This document shows positions 8,416-17,681 of a stretch of DNA of 30,543 nt, in pieces. The notes under the pieces were generated by a model that searched no databases, was not told where the DNA came from, and worked only from the letters and a program-made list of their open reading frames with translations. Location: positions 1 to 30,543 of the forward strand of contig DASQVJ010000184.1 in the NCBI GenBank assembly GCA_035640835.1, in the 5' to 3' direction. How positions within the stretch are numbered: position 1 is the first letter of the stretch; the number at the start of each line of letters is the position of its first letter. The DNA comes from Bryobacteraceae bacterium. GTDB lineage: Bacteria; Acidobacteriota; Terriglobia; Bryobacterales; Bryobacteraceae. Made by a program: the position numbers and the translations under genes.

Positions 8416-9168
8416 ATGGCTCGTAGGCGCTTCTTTGTAGAGGCCGTCGAATCCGGGCAGGCTGAGCTCACAGGCGACGAAGCTCGACATTTGACTCAGG
8501 TTTTGCGCGTTGAGACTGGCCAGGTTTATGAGATCTCGGACAACAATTCCTTGTTCCTTGCCGAGGTAATCACCGCGCGCAAGCAGCACGTGGTGTTTCA
8601 GGTACTCGAGCAGTTGACGCCTCCGCCACCCGGTCCGGATGTGCGGCTGTACCTTTCGCTGATCAAGTTCGACAGCCTCGAGCTTGCCATCGAGAAAGCG
8701 ACGGAATTGGGCGTATCGACCATCCATTTGGTGGAATCCGTTCGCAGCGAGCATGGACTCGAGAAAGCGGCAGAGAAGCGGATCGTGCGATGGCGAAGGA
8801 TCGCGCTCGAGGCGAGTCAGCAGTCGCGACGTTCGAAGCTGCCGGAGATCTTTGAGCCCGTCGATTTCGCGACGGCACTCGGGGACACCGCTGCGGTACG
8901 TTTGTTTCTCGATGAAGAGCGCACCGGAGAACCGCTGTTGAGTGCGGTCCGTCCGGCTGAGAGTGTGTCGTTGCTGGTAGGGCCGGAAGGCGGTTGGACC
9001 CCTCAGGAGCGATCCGCAGCAGTAGCGGCCGGTTGGACCCCAGTGTCGCTTGGCGATGGGATTTTGCGTGCCGAGACTGCGGCAATCGCGGGGCTGTCGA
9101 TTGTGTCGGCTGTGCTGGCTACGCCCTCATCAGCTCGGGCAGAGGTTCTGCAACCACAAAGAACGTGA
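8416..9168 (+). CDS. rsmE: 16S rRNA m3U1498 methyltransferase RsmE
   Basis: HLTQVLRV, EKATELGVS, EASQQSRR, SPOUT motifs VGPEGGW and ILRAETAA. Confidence 0.95.
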   Translation: MARRRFFVEAVESGQAELTGDEARHLTQVLRVETGQVYEISDNNSLFLAEVITARKQHVVFQVLEQLTPPPPGPDVRLYLSLIKFDSLELAIEKATELGVSTIHLVESVRSEHGLEKAAEKRIVRWRRIALEASQQSRRSKLPEIFEPVDFATALGDTAAVRLFLDEERTGEPLLSAVRPAESVSLLVGPEGGWTPQERSAAVAAGWTPVSLGDGILRAETAAIAGLSIVSAVLATPSSARAEVLQPQRT

Positions 9169-9487
9169 ACTTCGGCGTGAGGTCGCCACGTCCCCAGCGA
9201 TTCACCTTCCAGCGCGCTTGGAGAAAGCGCATCTCGGGGTAGCGCTTCAGGTCGAGTAGCAGTGTCGAAAGCCCTGCGTAGAACTTCTGCGGGAACACCA
9301 AGATCGGTTTGGCGGACCAGGTGATTCCATCGGGCGAGCCGTGGACGTGGAGCTCGAGGCTCTCCTGCTCCACCACCTCGCTGATGGCAAGCGTGATCTG
9401 AAACAGCTCGTTTGTTGCTTCGAGAACTGGGCCGCTGCCATTCGCATGAACCATCGTCTCCGGCACCAGCTCGATAGGCTTTCTCAA
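9119..9487 (-). CDS. Small hypothetical protein (122 aa, beta-rich)
   Basis: TTG start at 9487 overlaps the transglycosylase TGA (TTGA) and has GAGGAG 6 nt upstream. The long N-terminal extension in the ORF track (to 10564) overlaps the slt gene out of frame and is not credible. Confidence 0.7.
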   Translation of the reverse strand: MRKPIELVPETMVHANGSGPVLEATNELFQITLAISEVVEQESLELHVHGSPDGITWSAKPILVFPQKFYAGLSTLLLDLKRYPEMRFLQARWKVNRWGRGDLTPKFTFFVVAEPLPELMRA

Positions 9488-11643
9488 AGTCCGCTCCTCA
9501 TGGGTCGTTCGCGATTGCCGTAGATGCGTCGATAGAGCTCCGCATTCCGCAGCACGATTTGCACGTAGTTTCGAGTCTCCGTAAACGGTATGGACTCGAC
9601 AAACTCGGCAGGCTCCTCGAAGGGTCCGCCCTGCATCCATTGCAGCACTCTCGATTTGCCGCCGTTGTACGAGGCCAGGGTCGCTTCGAGGTTGCCGTTG
9701 AGTTGGTCGAGTAACGTGCGCAGGTAGCTGGTCCCCAGCTTGATGTTGAGCTCGGGATCGAATAAGTGATCGGCACGGAAACCCTTCACCCCAGCTTTGC
9801 GGCTCAGATCGCGGCCGGTCGACGGCAGGATCTGCGTAAGCCCGTACGCGCGAGCTCTTGAAACGGCCTTGGTGTCGAACTCGGATTCCTGTCGAATGAG
9901 CGCGGCCACCAGGAAGGGGTCGAGACCATTCGCACGCGCATGGGTCTCGAGCGCCTGCTGAAACGGCATGGGAAACGCCAGCCGCCAGAAACGCTCGGGC
10001 GCGTCCTCGACGGCCAGGCTCAGGTAGTTGGACGCGAGGGACTTGATGTATCGGATACCGCGGTCGGGCGCTCCCATTTTCTGCATGAGCTCGGCGAGCT
10101 GCATCGCGATGACGTGGCGCTGAGCATCTCGATTGGCGCCGTACACCAGCTCGCCTTCTGCAAGCTCGTCGAGTCCGGCGGAAATGAGGATTCGCGCACG
10201 TTCGATGCGCAGTTGGGTCGCGCGATTTGGCTGAAACTCCTGGGGCGCTTTTCGTGAAGGCTTCGCAACCTGCGCCAGCCAACTCTCCTTTGTACGATCC
10301 GGAGCTGCCGACTTGATCGGAGCCGTGCCAAGCCGCTTTCGAGCGAGCATTGCGTGGTAGTAGTTTCCATGCTCGGCGATGATCGCTGAATAAAAAACCT
10401 TTGCGCCCCCGAACTCGTTTTGCTTCTCCGATAAGCGGCCAAGGAAGTAGAGGGCAGCTGGTCGTTTGTCTGAGTTTGGATATTTTGCGACGTGTTCGGA
10501 GAGCAGATCCCACGCACCGGCATCGCGGCGGGAATAGGCGTCCCACGCGACCTTCCAGTGACAATATGCGGACTGAGGTTCATCGCCGAACGCTCGGTAG
10601 CATTGCCCGAAGTAGCGCACCATCTCCGGCGCGTTGTTGCGGAGAAGAGCCTCATTTCCGGCCGACACCAATGCCTGAAGGCGCCAAGACGATCGTGGAT
10701 AGCGCGCCGCGAGCTGATCGACAGCGGCTGCTGCTTCATCGTCGAGCTTTAGACGACGAGCCGCGGCGTGGATGTGGAAGAGTCGCTCAGCATCGGCCTC
10801 AGGATCGGACACGGTGAAGCTGCGCAGATGTTCGAGCGCAGGGCGATTGTTGCGAAGGCGGAAGTCGGCAACACCGATGCGGACCCTGGCGAGGTCGAGC
10901 TCCTTTCCGGCAAGCTGCGGAAGCACGGCTTCCAGTTCCGCGCGCGCAGCCTTCGCGTCGCCGAGTTCAAGCAATCGGAGCGCACGCGCCAGTAACGTTT
11001 GTGCCGTCGGGGGCGGATAAGAGTCTGCGAGCTCATTGCGCAGGCGGTCCAACTCGACGCGCGCCAATTCCGCTTCCGGGCGCTCCGGATAGAGATAGAA
11101 CGCGTTTTGGTAATAAACCGCCGCGGCGATCCGATCGCCCAAGGCTTCCGATGCCTGAGCGAGCAAGAGATTGCCGCCGCCGTCAGGAAGTGCGGAGAAA
11201 TGAGCTCGCAGCAGAGCGACCGCCTCGCGAGCCTGGCCGAGCGCAAGGTGCGAGTTCGCCGCCTCCATGACGGCCTGCCGAAGGAATGGGCTTTCGGGCT
11301 TAGAATCGATGACACCCTTCAGCGCCTCGATTGCGCCGGCATGGTCATTTGCTTCGAACAGCGCCGAGCCTTCGAGGAAGCGCCCGTAATCCTTGAGCAG
11401 AGGAAACGCCGCCGCCGCGGCCTTCGCGTGAGATGTCGAGCCCGACGATTGTTTCGATTTCCAGTCGCCCGCAGCAATTGCCAAGTGAGCCGGACTCTTC
11501 GGACCTTGTGATGACGCCAGCTTCTCCAGGCTCGCTCGAGCCGTTTGCGAACCCGAAGAGTAGTATTCGCGACCGAGTGTTGCTACATCCTGAGCGAGGG
11601 CGACAACCGGCGCAAGCAGAATCGGGAGGAGCGCTCTAGACAA
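9484..11643 (-). CDS. slt: TPR-containing soluble lytic murein transglycosylase (Slt70-like, GH23)
   Basis: C-terminal SLT motifs ALIRQESEF (catalytic Glu), GLTQILPSTG, ASYNGG, ETRNYV; long helical repeat region; signal peptide MSRALLPILLAPVVALA if the TTG at 11643 is the start (start uncertain). Confidence 0.88.
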   Translation of the reverse strand: MSRALLPILLAPVVALAQDVATLGREYYSSGSQTARASLEKLASSQGPKSPAHLAIAAGDWKSKQSSGSTSHAKAAAAAFPLLKDYGRFLEGSALFEANDHAGAIEALKGVIDSKPESPFLRQAVMEAANSHLALGQAREAVALLRAHFSALPDGGGNLLLAQASEALGDRIAAAVYYQNAFYLYPERPEAELARVELDRLRNELADSYPPPTAQTLLARALRLLELGDAKAARAELEAVLPQLAGKELDLARVRIGVADFRLRNNRPALEHLRSFTVSDPEADAERLFHIHAAARRLKLDDEAAAAVDQLAARYPRSSWRLQALVSAGNEALLRNNAPEMVRYFGQCYRAFGDEPQSAYCHWKVAWDAYSRRDAGAWDLLSEHVAKYPNSDKRPAALYFLGRLSEKQNEFGGAKVFYSAIIAEHGNYYHAMLARKRLGTAPIKSAAPDRTKESWLAQVAKPSRKAPQEFQPNRATQLRIERARILISAGLDELAEGELVYGANRDAQRHVIAMQLAELMQKMGAPDRGIRYIKSLASNYLSLAVEDAPERFWRLAFPMPFQQALETHARANGLDPFLVAALIRQESEFDTKAVSRARAYGLTQILPSTGRDLSRKAGVKGFRADHLFDPELNIKLGTSYLRTLLDQLNGNLEATLASYNGGKSRVLQWMQGGPFEEPAEFVESIPFTETRNYVQIVLRNAELYRRIYGNRERPMRSGL

Positions 11644-12817
11644 GCGGTCCAGGATAGCCGGGACCCAGCAGTGCAGGGTCGTTGCCGCACAACGAGGTAA
11701 CGATCTCGAGGTGCAGGTAGTCGACCATGGACGGCGACCCTTCGGCAAGAAATTGCTCGCGATATGCTTCACGGGCTGCGTCTAGTTCTGCCTTCAGATT
11801 ACCGTAGATGTTTCGGTCCGCGCGTCCCTTCTTCACTTGCGCGACTTTGAAGAGCAGCATTTCGGCCACCCGCGTGCGCGCAAATCGCTGCGCCTTCAAG
11901 TGGACTTGCTGATCTTCTTTCGGCAGCACGGCCAGTGACGGCGCCTTCGGTGTTGCCGAGACGCCGCTGATGCTGACGAGTCCACCTGTTCTTACAGGTT
12001 GTCCCGCCACTTCCGCTTCCATCGAGTGCACCGCGAATCCCGTGAGTAGCTCGAGCCCGGCGATGTCGATCATGTTGCTATCGCCTGGTTCGGCATAGAG
12101 AACGCCCACGGTTTCGCCCTGCAGTACGAGCGGAAGCAGGTAAGCCTTTCGCGGCGGGCCCTCGGCGAGGTGCAGGAAGTGGAAGATCGCTTCCGAGAGC
12201 TCGCGAGGCGACGCCATCGTGACCACGGTGTCCTTCGATTCGAGCGCGTTGACGATTGCCGGCGCGTCGGCCAAAGCAAACTCGGGCCCTGACTGGGCGT
12301 CGCCGTCGTCGACACCCAAGCCGCCTTCGAAGCGGAGCGTCTTCCTGCCGGCGACCGCGAACAGGGCTGCTCTGCCGCAGAAGTCTGCCGTTGCTTCAAG
12401 CAGGGTTCGGATCCAGACTTCTCGCGACTCTGCCTGACGCAGCCCGCGCGCCACTTGATTCAGTTGACCCGCGAGCTCGGCTCGTGCCGCTGCACGATTC
12501 TGCTCGATGACAACTTGCTGCTCCTGGAGCAATCGCTCGTGCTCGCGATGAAGCTTCTCGCGATTCGAGTGTCCAAGAGCCTCGACGGACTCCTGGTAGC
12601 GTCGCTCGAGCAGTTCCGTTACTTCCGCGAATCGATCCTGGAAAACAGCGTCCAATTGGTCGCGCCAGCCGCTCTCGAGTTGCTCTCGAACGCGGTCAAC
12701 TTGAAGCTGCCAAAGGGCAGAAATTTGCTCGAGCGCTGTGGATCTGGCCTCGTTTACGGCGGCCTGCATGGGAGTTAGCTGGGGTGCGGCTTCCGTTGAC
12801 TGGTTCATTCGTTGCAC
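11636..12817 (-). CDS. Hypothetical protein: N-terminal coiled coil, GAF-like domain, helical C-terminal domain
   Basis: E/Q/R/L heptad-rich N-terminus; RAALFAV...YLLPLVLQGETVGVLYAE...LELL resembles a GAF core; no signal peptide. Start is GTG 12817 or ATG 12808. Confidence 0.65.
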   Translation of the reverse strand: MQRMNQSTEAAPQLTPMQAAVNEARSTALEQISALWQLQVDRVREQLESGWRDQLDAVFQDRFAEVTELLERRYQESVEALGHSNREKLHREHERLLQEQQVVIEQNRAAARAELAGQLNQVARGLRQAESREVWIRTLLEATADFCGRAALFAVAGRKTLRFEGGLGVDDGDAQSGPEFALADAPAIVNALESKDTVVTMASPRELSEAIFHFLHLAEGPPRKAYLLPLVLQGETVGVLYAEPGDSNMIDIAGLELLTGFAVHSMEAEVAGQPVRTGGLVSISGVSATPKAPSLAVLPKEDQQVHLKAQRFARTRVAEMLLFKVAQVKKGRADRNIYGNLKAELDAAREAYREQFLAEGSPSMVDYLHLEIVTSLCGNDPALLGPGYPGPLV

Positions 12818-12830
12818 CGTTAATTCTACG

Positions 12831-15200
12831 CTACCGGCTGACGACGTCCAGCTTCCAAGTGGCTACCGGACCTGCTATGCGCATCGTCTTGGAGCCGGAG
12901 GTGAGCGCAACTTGAAGTACTCCTGCCTCGGTAGCGCCCTCGCCGGAAAAGCGATCGCCGTCGACGGAAGCTTCCACAGCCTTCAGCACCAGGCGCGGTC
13001 CCGCATCGGTCACGTCCCAGACGTAGGAGCCAGTCACAGCCTTGATGGTGTTTTCCTCCAGAAGATCGACGGAACGAGCCTGAAAGACGCCGTCAGAACG
13101 AAGAGTCGCGAGAAGGGCCGGTCCGGTTCCTTCCATCTCGGCTCTCCCTTCCACGTCGAGTTTGCCGCCATGCCACGACATGCCCTGGATTCGTCCCGCC
13201 AGCCGATACTGAGGCTCAGGCGTATCCAAACTCACGCTGAGCGTTGCGTCGATGTCGCCCGATTCCAGCTTGCCTTCCACTTTGGCGAAGTCAACGCTGA
13301 GACCATCCCAAACGAAAGAACTTTGCAAGTTGTCCAGAAGGAATCCAGGGCCGGACACTTTGCTGAAGCGCGCGCGACCCTCCGCGGCACGCGTTCGAAG
13401 CCATTCCGGCGTACTGCCTCCGCCGAATCGCAGGGTGCGAGCAAAGAAGCCTTGCCGGCGATTGAGAGTCGGTGCGAGCAACCGTTCCACCTCGCCGATC
13501 TCGATGGCGCCTACCGTGATGTTGATCTTGTGTGGACGGGCCGCTTTGGGAACGTATTGATATTCGCCTGAGATGGGAACATTCGCGATCGTCCCACGCA
13601 GTTTGCGGAGCCGGAGGTGCTCGCCGACGTTTTCCACCAGCGCCGCCTGAATTCGCACGGGGTCGGCGAGACCCGGAATGGTCGCGGTTGAGTTACGCAG
13701 CTCGAATCCGCTTGCCCAAGTGCCCGGCTCTCCTGACCTTTGGATGAACTGCATCGTGCCGGTCCACCGGCCGCCCTTCAGGTTGCTCAGCCACGGCATG
13801 GAGGCGCTTCCGAAGAGGTTGCTTGCTCGATCTTGAATGCTCGCGACGTCAAGCGCGCGTCCGCGCACCTGCAGGCGAAGGTCGGGCTCTCGAACAGAGA
13901 AATCGCCCTCGAGCGTGGCGAACTGGCGCTCGCCCAACTGCACCTCCGTCGAGGTGAGGAAGAAGCGCTCGCCCACCAGCTTGAGGTCCGTGGAGGGCAC
14001 GAAGACCGGTTCATCACTTGGTCGCGTCTTCAGCACGGCGTTTTGCAGGTTCACGGTACCTTGTGGAGCGGAGGAACTCGAGTAGCCTAGAACACCGGTC
14101 ACCGCTCCAACAACTTGCAGGTTCTGAGGCAATCCCGCACCCATGTGGCGAAGAACCTCGATCACTCCAGCGGCAGGCAACTCCCGCATCGTGACCGTCG
14201 ACGCCAGCGTCGGATTCGCGAGCAGTCCGGCCGCGCGAAGCCTCAGTTCGATTGGCGCGTTCTCGCCGAGTTTCGGCATCGCGGTGAACTCGAGCACTTG
14301 CCCTGGCCAGTTCAGCTGGCCGATGTACTGGAGCCGCCACTCGCCGCCGCGCGCCTCGGGCATTTCATCCCACCGATGGATGTCGCTCAACTGAAGTTGT
14401 CCGGAGACGGTCAGATTATCGAGAGGTCCCTTGATGTCGGCTCGCGAAGCAACCAGGCCATGCAGTCCGTAGTCGCGGCCGCGGAACAATCGAGCCATTT
14501 CGCCGATGTTGCTCTTCGCGAGTTCCAGTTGAATCGCGAGTTCGCCCGGACTTCCGTTGGCTTGGCGCCAACCTCCTCGTCCGCGGATGGTCCCGAAGCT
14601 ACGAGCGGCCGTATCAGTTCGCGATGGCTCGCCTTGGAATCTGATCTGGAACGAGCCGTTGGAGCCCGGCGTGATGTCTGCATCGGCGTTCGCCAGATAC
14701 AAAGCGCTCTTGCGATCTCCCAGCTTGAAGTTGATTCGGCCGGAGCGCACGTGGATGGAAGGCACGTTCGTGGCCTGGGAGGTCCCGGGTTTGCGAGGCA
14801 CGCCGACAGGCGACTGCTCCAGCAGTTTTACCAGATTCCAGGTGCCCTCTTCGGCCTTCGCGAGGTTGACCCGCGGCTCTTCGAGCGTAAGTGCGCTGAA
14901 CTGGAGTCGTCCGGTCCATAACGACGATAAACTGACCCGCGCCGACAATGTGTTTACCGACGCGATCGGCTCGACACCGAAGGTCGGGTCCTCCTCGATC
15001 AGCACGTCGTTGATCGAGAATCCAGGGCCGGTCAGGAGGTTGAAGTGCACTGCGCCGATACGGACCTTGCGATGCAGCGATGACTCGAGGGCTCTCTGTA
15101 CGCGACCGCCAAATCGGTTGGCTTGCACGAAAGGTGCTGCAAGTCCTACGGCCAGGAACAGTGCCACACCCCAGAGCAGGAACCGGCGGGCTCGCCTCAT
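12831..15200 (-). CDS. AsmA family protein
   Basis: N-terminal TM anchor then VQRALESSLHRKVRIGAVHFNLLTGPGFSINDVLIEED and LTLEEPRVNL typical of AsmA N-termini; long beta-rich body; ATGA overlap with the upstream gene. Confidence 0.8.
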   Translation of the reverse strand: MRRARRFLLWGVALFLAVGLAAPFVQANRFGGRVQRALESSLHRKVRIGAVHFNLLTGPGFSINDVLIEEDPTFGVEPIASVNTLSARVSLSSLWTGRLQFSALTLEEPRVNLAKAEEGTWNLVKLLEQSPVGVPRKPGTSQATNVPSIHVRSGRINFKLGDRKSALYLANADADITPGSNGSFQIRFQGEPSRTDTAARSFGTIRGRGGWRQANGSPGELAIQLELAKSNIGEMARLFRGRDYGLHGLVASRADIKGPLDNLTVSGQLQLSDIHRWDEMPEARGGEWRLQYIGQLNWPGQVLEFTAMPKLGENAPIELRLRAAGLLANPTLASTVTMRELPAAGVIEVLRHMGAGLPQNLQVVGAVTGVLGYSSSSAPQGTVNLQNAVLKTRPSDEPVFVPSTDLKLVGERFFLTSTEVQLGERQFATLEGDFSVREPDLRLQVRGRALDVASIQDRASNLFGSASMPWLSNLKGGRWTGTMQFIQRSGEPGTWASGFELRNSTATIPGLADPVRIQAALVENVGEHLRLRKLRGTIANVPISGEYQYVPKAARPHKINITVGAIEIGEVERLLAPTLNRRQGFFARTLRFGGGSTPEWLRTRAAEGRARFSKVSGPGFLLDNLQSSFVWDGLSVDFAKVEGKLESGDIDATLSVSLDTPEPQYRLAGRIQGMSWHGGKLDVEGRAEMEGTGPALLATLRSDGVFQARSVDLLEENTIKAVTGSYVWDVTDAGPRLVLKAVEASVDGDRFSGEGATEAGVLQVALTSGSKTMRIAGPVATWKLDVVSR

Positions 15201-15784
15201 ACGAACCTCGTGAGCAGCTGCGAGTAGTCGGCAGGCTCGTCGACATCGGCCACGACACCCTCATCCTCGACGTCGACATACCGGGTCTTATCGCGATATC
15301 GATGGACGACCGTTCGAGCCTGATCGGTCACGGGCAGCGCTAAGAACTCGGCAATCAGGCTGACATGGGCGAGCACCGGATGGCCACGCTTTCCGTTGCG
15401 CCTGGGAATTACCAGCAAGTCCCCGGGTTGAGCGGCAAGCTTCAGCAGTTCGACAGTCTCGGGACGGAAGGACGGGTAGTCAACGGGGGTGAATAGGACC
15501 GCCTCGGCCGTCGGTGGCAGCGCGCGCAATCCGCATTGAAACGACGAGAGTTGCCCGAGCTCGTAATCCCGGTTCACCACGATTTGAGCCTCTTTGCCGC
15601 GTGCAAGGCGGTTTTCGATCATTTCCGCCTCATGCCCGAGCACCACCGTAACAGACGAGCACGTCCTTGAGAATGTTCCGATCAGACGGTCCAGGAAGGT
15701 ATCGCCTTGCAGCGAAAGCAATGCCTTCGGCTTCCCCATGCGTTGCGACTTCCCGCCGGCGAGGATGAGTCCCGCGAGGTTCAC
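15197..15784 (-). CDS. MobA/MocA-like nucleotidyltransferase (probable Moco cytidylyltransferase)
   Basis: GLILAGGKSQRMGKPKALL, GQLSSFQCGL, PVDYP, GKRGHPV, DVDEPADY; GTG start overlaps the XdhC stop (GTGA); XdhC neighbour supports the MocA reading. Confidence 0.82.
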   Translation of the reverse strand: MNLAGLILAGGKSQRMGKPKALLSLQGDTFLDRLIGTFSRTCSSVTVVLGHEAEMIENRLARGKEAQIVVNRDYELGQLSSFQCGLRALPPTAEAVLFTPVDYPSFRPETVELLKLAAQPGDLLVIPRRNGKRGHPVLAHVSLIAEFLALPVTDQARTVVHRYRDKTRYVDVEDEGVVADVDEPADYSQLLTRFV

Positions 15785-16617
15785 TGCAAAAGAGCGCGCA
15801 GCCGCTCGTTGGCGTAGATGGTCTTCGAAAGGCTCTTCCAATTGGACTCGGGATTGCGCCGGACCGCGATCATCTCGGCGACGACCGAGACAGCGATTTC
15901 TTCCGGAGTGATGGCCCCAATCTCGAGTCCCATGGGTGCAAAGATCTTCTCGAAGGCCGACGCCGGAATACCTTCCTTCTCGAGTTCGCGAATGACCGAG
16001 ATCACCTTACGCTTGCTGCCGATCATGGAGATGTATCGTGCACTGGTGCCGACAGCAAGCTTCAACACACGCATATCGTCACGATGTCCGCGGGTGACGA
16101 TGATCAGGTAGCTGTTCTCGTTGATGGGCAGCTCGCTGAAAATCGGTTCGTACTCGCCTGCATGCACCTCGTCGGCGTCCGGGAAGCGCTCGCGATTGGC
16201 AAACATCTCGCGATCGTCTACGACTGTTACGCGAAACCCTGCGAGCGTCGCCACTTTGCAAAGGCTCTTCGAGATGTGGCCGGCGCCGAAGATGAAGGCA
16301 GAGGGCTGCGGAAGAACAGGCTCGATGAACACGTCGAGCTGGCCGCCGCAGATCAGACCGTTGTCGTAAGCCGCATCCTGTCCGAGACTGAAGTTCAAAT
16401 GGCGGGCTCGTTCGGTTTGAATCACCTCGCGGGCAACGCTCCAGACTTCGGCCTCTACGCAGCCGCCGCCGATGGTTCCCAGCATCGAGCCGTCCTCTCG
16501 AACCAACAACTTCGCACTCTCGTGGCTCGGGATAGATCCGCGAACCTGGACGATGGTCGCAAGAGCACATTTCTGGCCAAGGCGTCGCAAGCGGACAATC
16601 TCGTCGTACAAGTCCAT
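15781..16617 (-). CDS. XdhC/CoxI family molybdenum hydroxylase accessory protein
   Basis: ALATIVQVRGSIP, GTIGGGCVE, GLICGGQLDVFIEP, IFGAGHIS, TRGHRDD, YISMIGSKRK, APMGLEIGAITPEEIAVSVVAE. Confidence 0.93.
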   Translation of the reverse strand: MDLYDEIVRLRRLGQKCALATIVQVRGSIPSHESAKLLVREDGSMLGTIGGGCVEAEVWSVAREVIQTERARHLNFSLGQDAAYDNGLICGGQLDVFIEPVLPQPSAFIFGAGHISKSLCKVATLAGFRVTVVDDREMFANRERFPDADEVHAGEYEPIFSELPINENSYLIIVTRGHRDDMRVLKLAVGTSARYISMIGSKRKVISVIRELEKEGIPASAFEKIFAPMGLEIGAITPEEIAVSVVAEMIAVRRNPESNWKSLSKTIYANERLRALLQ

Positions 16618-16626
16618 CTGCCGCCG

Positions 16627-16632
16627 ATTATA
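16627..16632 (-). promoter_or_regulatory. Consensus -10 (TATAAT) for the XdhC operon
   Basis: Perfect TATAAT 9 nt upstream of the XdhC ATG with no RBS between them; near-leaderless geometry. Confidence 0.6.
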
Positions 16633-16914
16633 ACGTGTGACGCCGGCGACCAACGGTTACGGCCGGGCGTTTAACTGGTCGGCGAGCCAGGGGTGAAACA
16701 TGGGAAGAGCGCTGCGCCGGATCTGCGCCGGCTATGTTGCCTCATCACAACGACGAAGTAACCCTGCATCAATCTTGAATTTCAAAACGATAACTCGCCG
16801 GGACTTGCGGGAGCTGGTACACACATCCTGCGTGCTTCCTCCAAACGACTGAGTTTGTTATCCTGACAATTGGGTTCCAACCCGCCAATCTCCCTTCCTG
16901 ATTAGAGGTTACGA

Positions 16915-17658
16915 ATGTCCGGACATTCAAAATGGGCGACCATCAAACATAAGAAGGCTGCCCTGGATGCCAAACGCGGCAAGCAGTTTACGCGGCTGAT
17001 CAAAGAAATCCAAATCGCCGCTCGCAACGGAGGCGACCCGGACGCAAACCCCCGACTTCGCACGGCGATTGTCGCAGCAAAGGCCGTTTCCATGCCCGCC
17101 GACAACATCAAGCGCGCCATAATGCGTGGCACGGGTGAGCTTGAAGGCGGACAGATTGACGAGATCACCTATGAGGGCTACGGGCCCGGAGGCATTGCGG
17201 TGGTTGTGGAAGTAGCAACCGACAATCGCAATCGGACGGTGAGTGAAATCCGCCACGTATTTTCAAAGAATGGCGGCAACTTGGGTGAGCAAGGCAGCGT
17301 CGCTTGGATGTTCGAGCGCAAGGGCCAGATCCTCATCGACAAGGAGAAGGCGACCGAAGAGCAGTTGATGAACATCGCGCTCGATGCCGGCGCCGATGAC
17401 GTCCGCGACAATGGCGAAAATTGGGAAGTGCTTTCTGCACCCGAAGCCCACATGAGTGTAGTAGAGGCTGTAGAAAAGGCCAAACTCCCGATCGCCGGTC
17501 AGAGCTTCGCCTGGATCCCGAAGAATACGATTGAGGTAGAGGGGTCGAACGCGCGAGGCATTCTCAAGCTCATCGATTCACTAGAGGATCATGACGATGT
17601 CCAGAACGTCTACGCAAACTTCGACATCAGTGAGAAGGAGATGGAAGCGCTCGCGTAG
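16915..17658 (+). CDS. yebC: YebC/PmpR family protein
   Basis: [45 protein letters not shown]. Confidence 0.97.
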   Translation: MSGHSKWATIKHKKAALDAKRGKQFTRLIKEIQIAARNGGDPDANPRLRTAIVAAKAVSMPADNIKRAIMRGTGELEGGQIDEITYEGYGPGGIAVVVEVATDNRNRTVSEIRHVFSKNGGNLGEQGSVAWMFERKGQILIDKEKATEEQLMNIALDAGADDVRDNGENWEVLSAPEAHMSVVEAVEKAKLPIAGQSFAWIPKNTIEVEGSNARGILKLIDSLEDHDDVQNVYANFDISEKEMEALA

Positions 17659-17681
17659 CGAGACTCCATCGGTCTGAATCG

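Noticed and set aside
9488-10564. Long N-terminal extension of the 481-aa ORF
   Set aside because: Same strand, different frame inside slt; Arg/Ala-rich non-protein-like composition. Only the last 122 codons look real.
12738-15279. Several 200-280 aa ORFs overlapping AsmA
   Set aside because: Shadow or alternative frames of a long GC-rich gene with no domain signatures.
16870-16887. GGGTTCCAACCC followed by GCCA, resembling a tRNA T-arm and CCA end
   Set aside because: T-stem does not extend to 5 bp, there is no room for an acceptor strand and no D or anticodon arm upstream.
16618-16914. Moco riboswitch upstream of XdhC
   Set aside because: The TATAAT is only 9 nt from the ATG, leaving no leader, and I recognise no riboswitch core.
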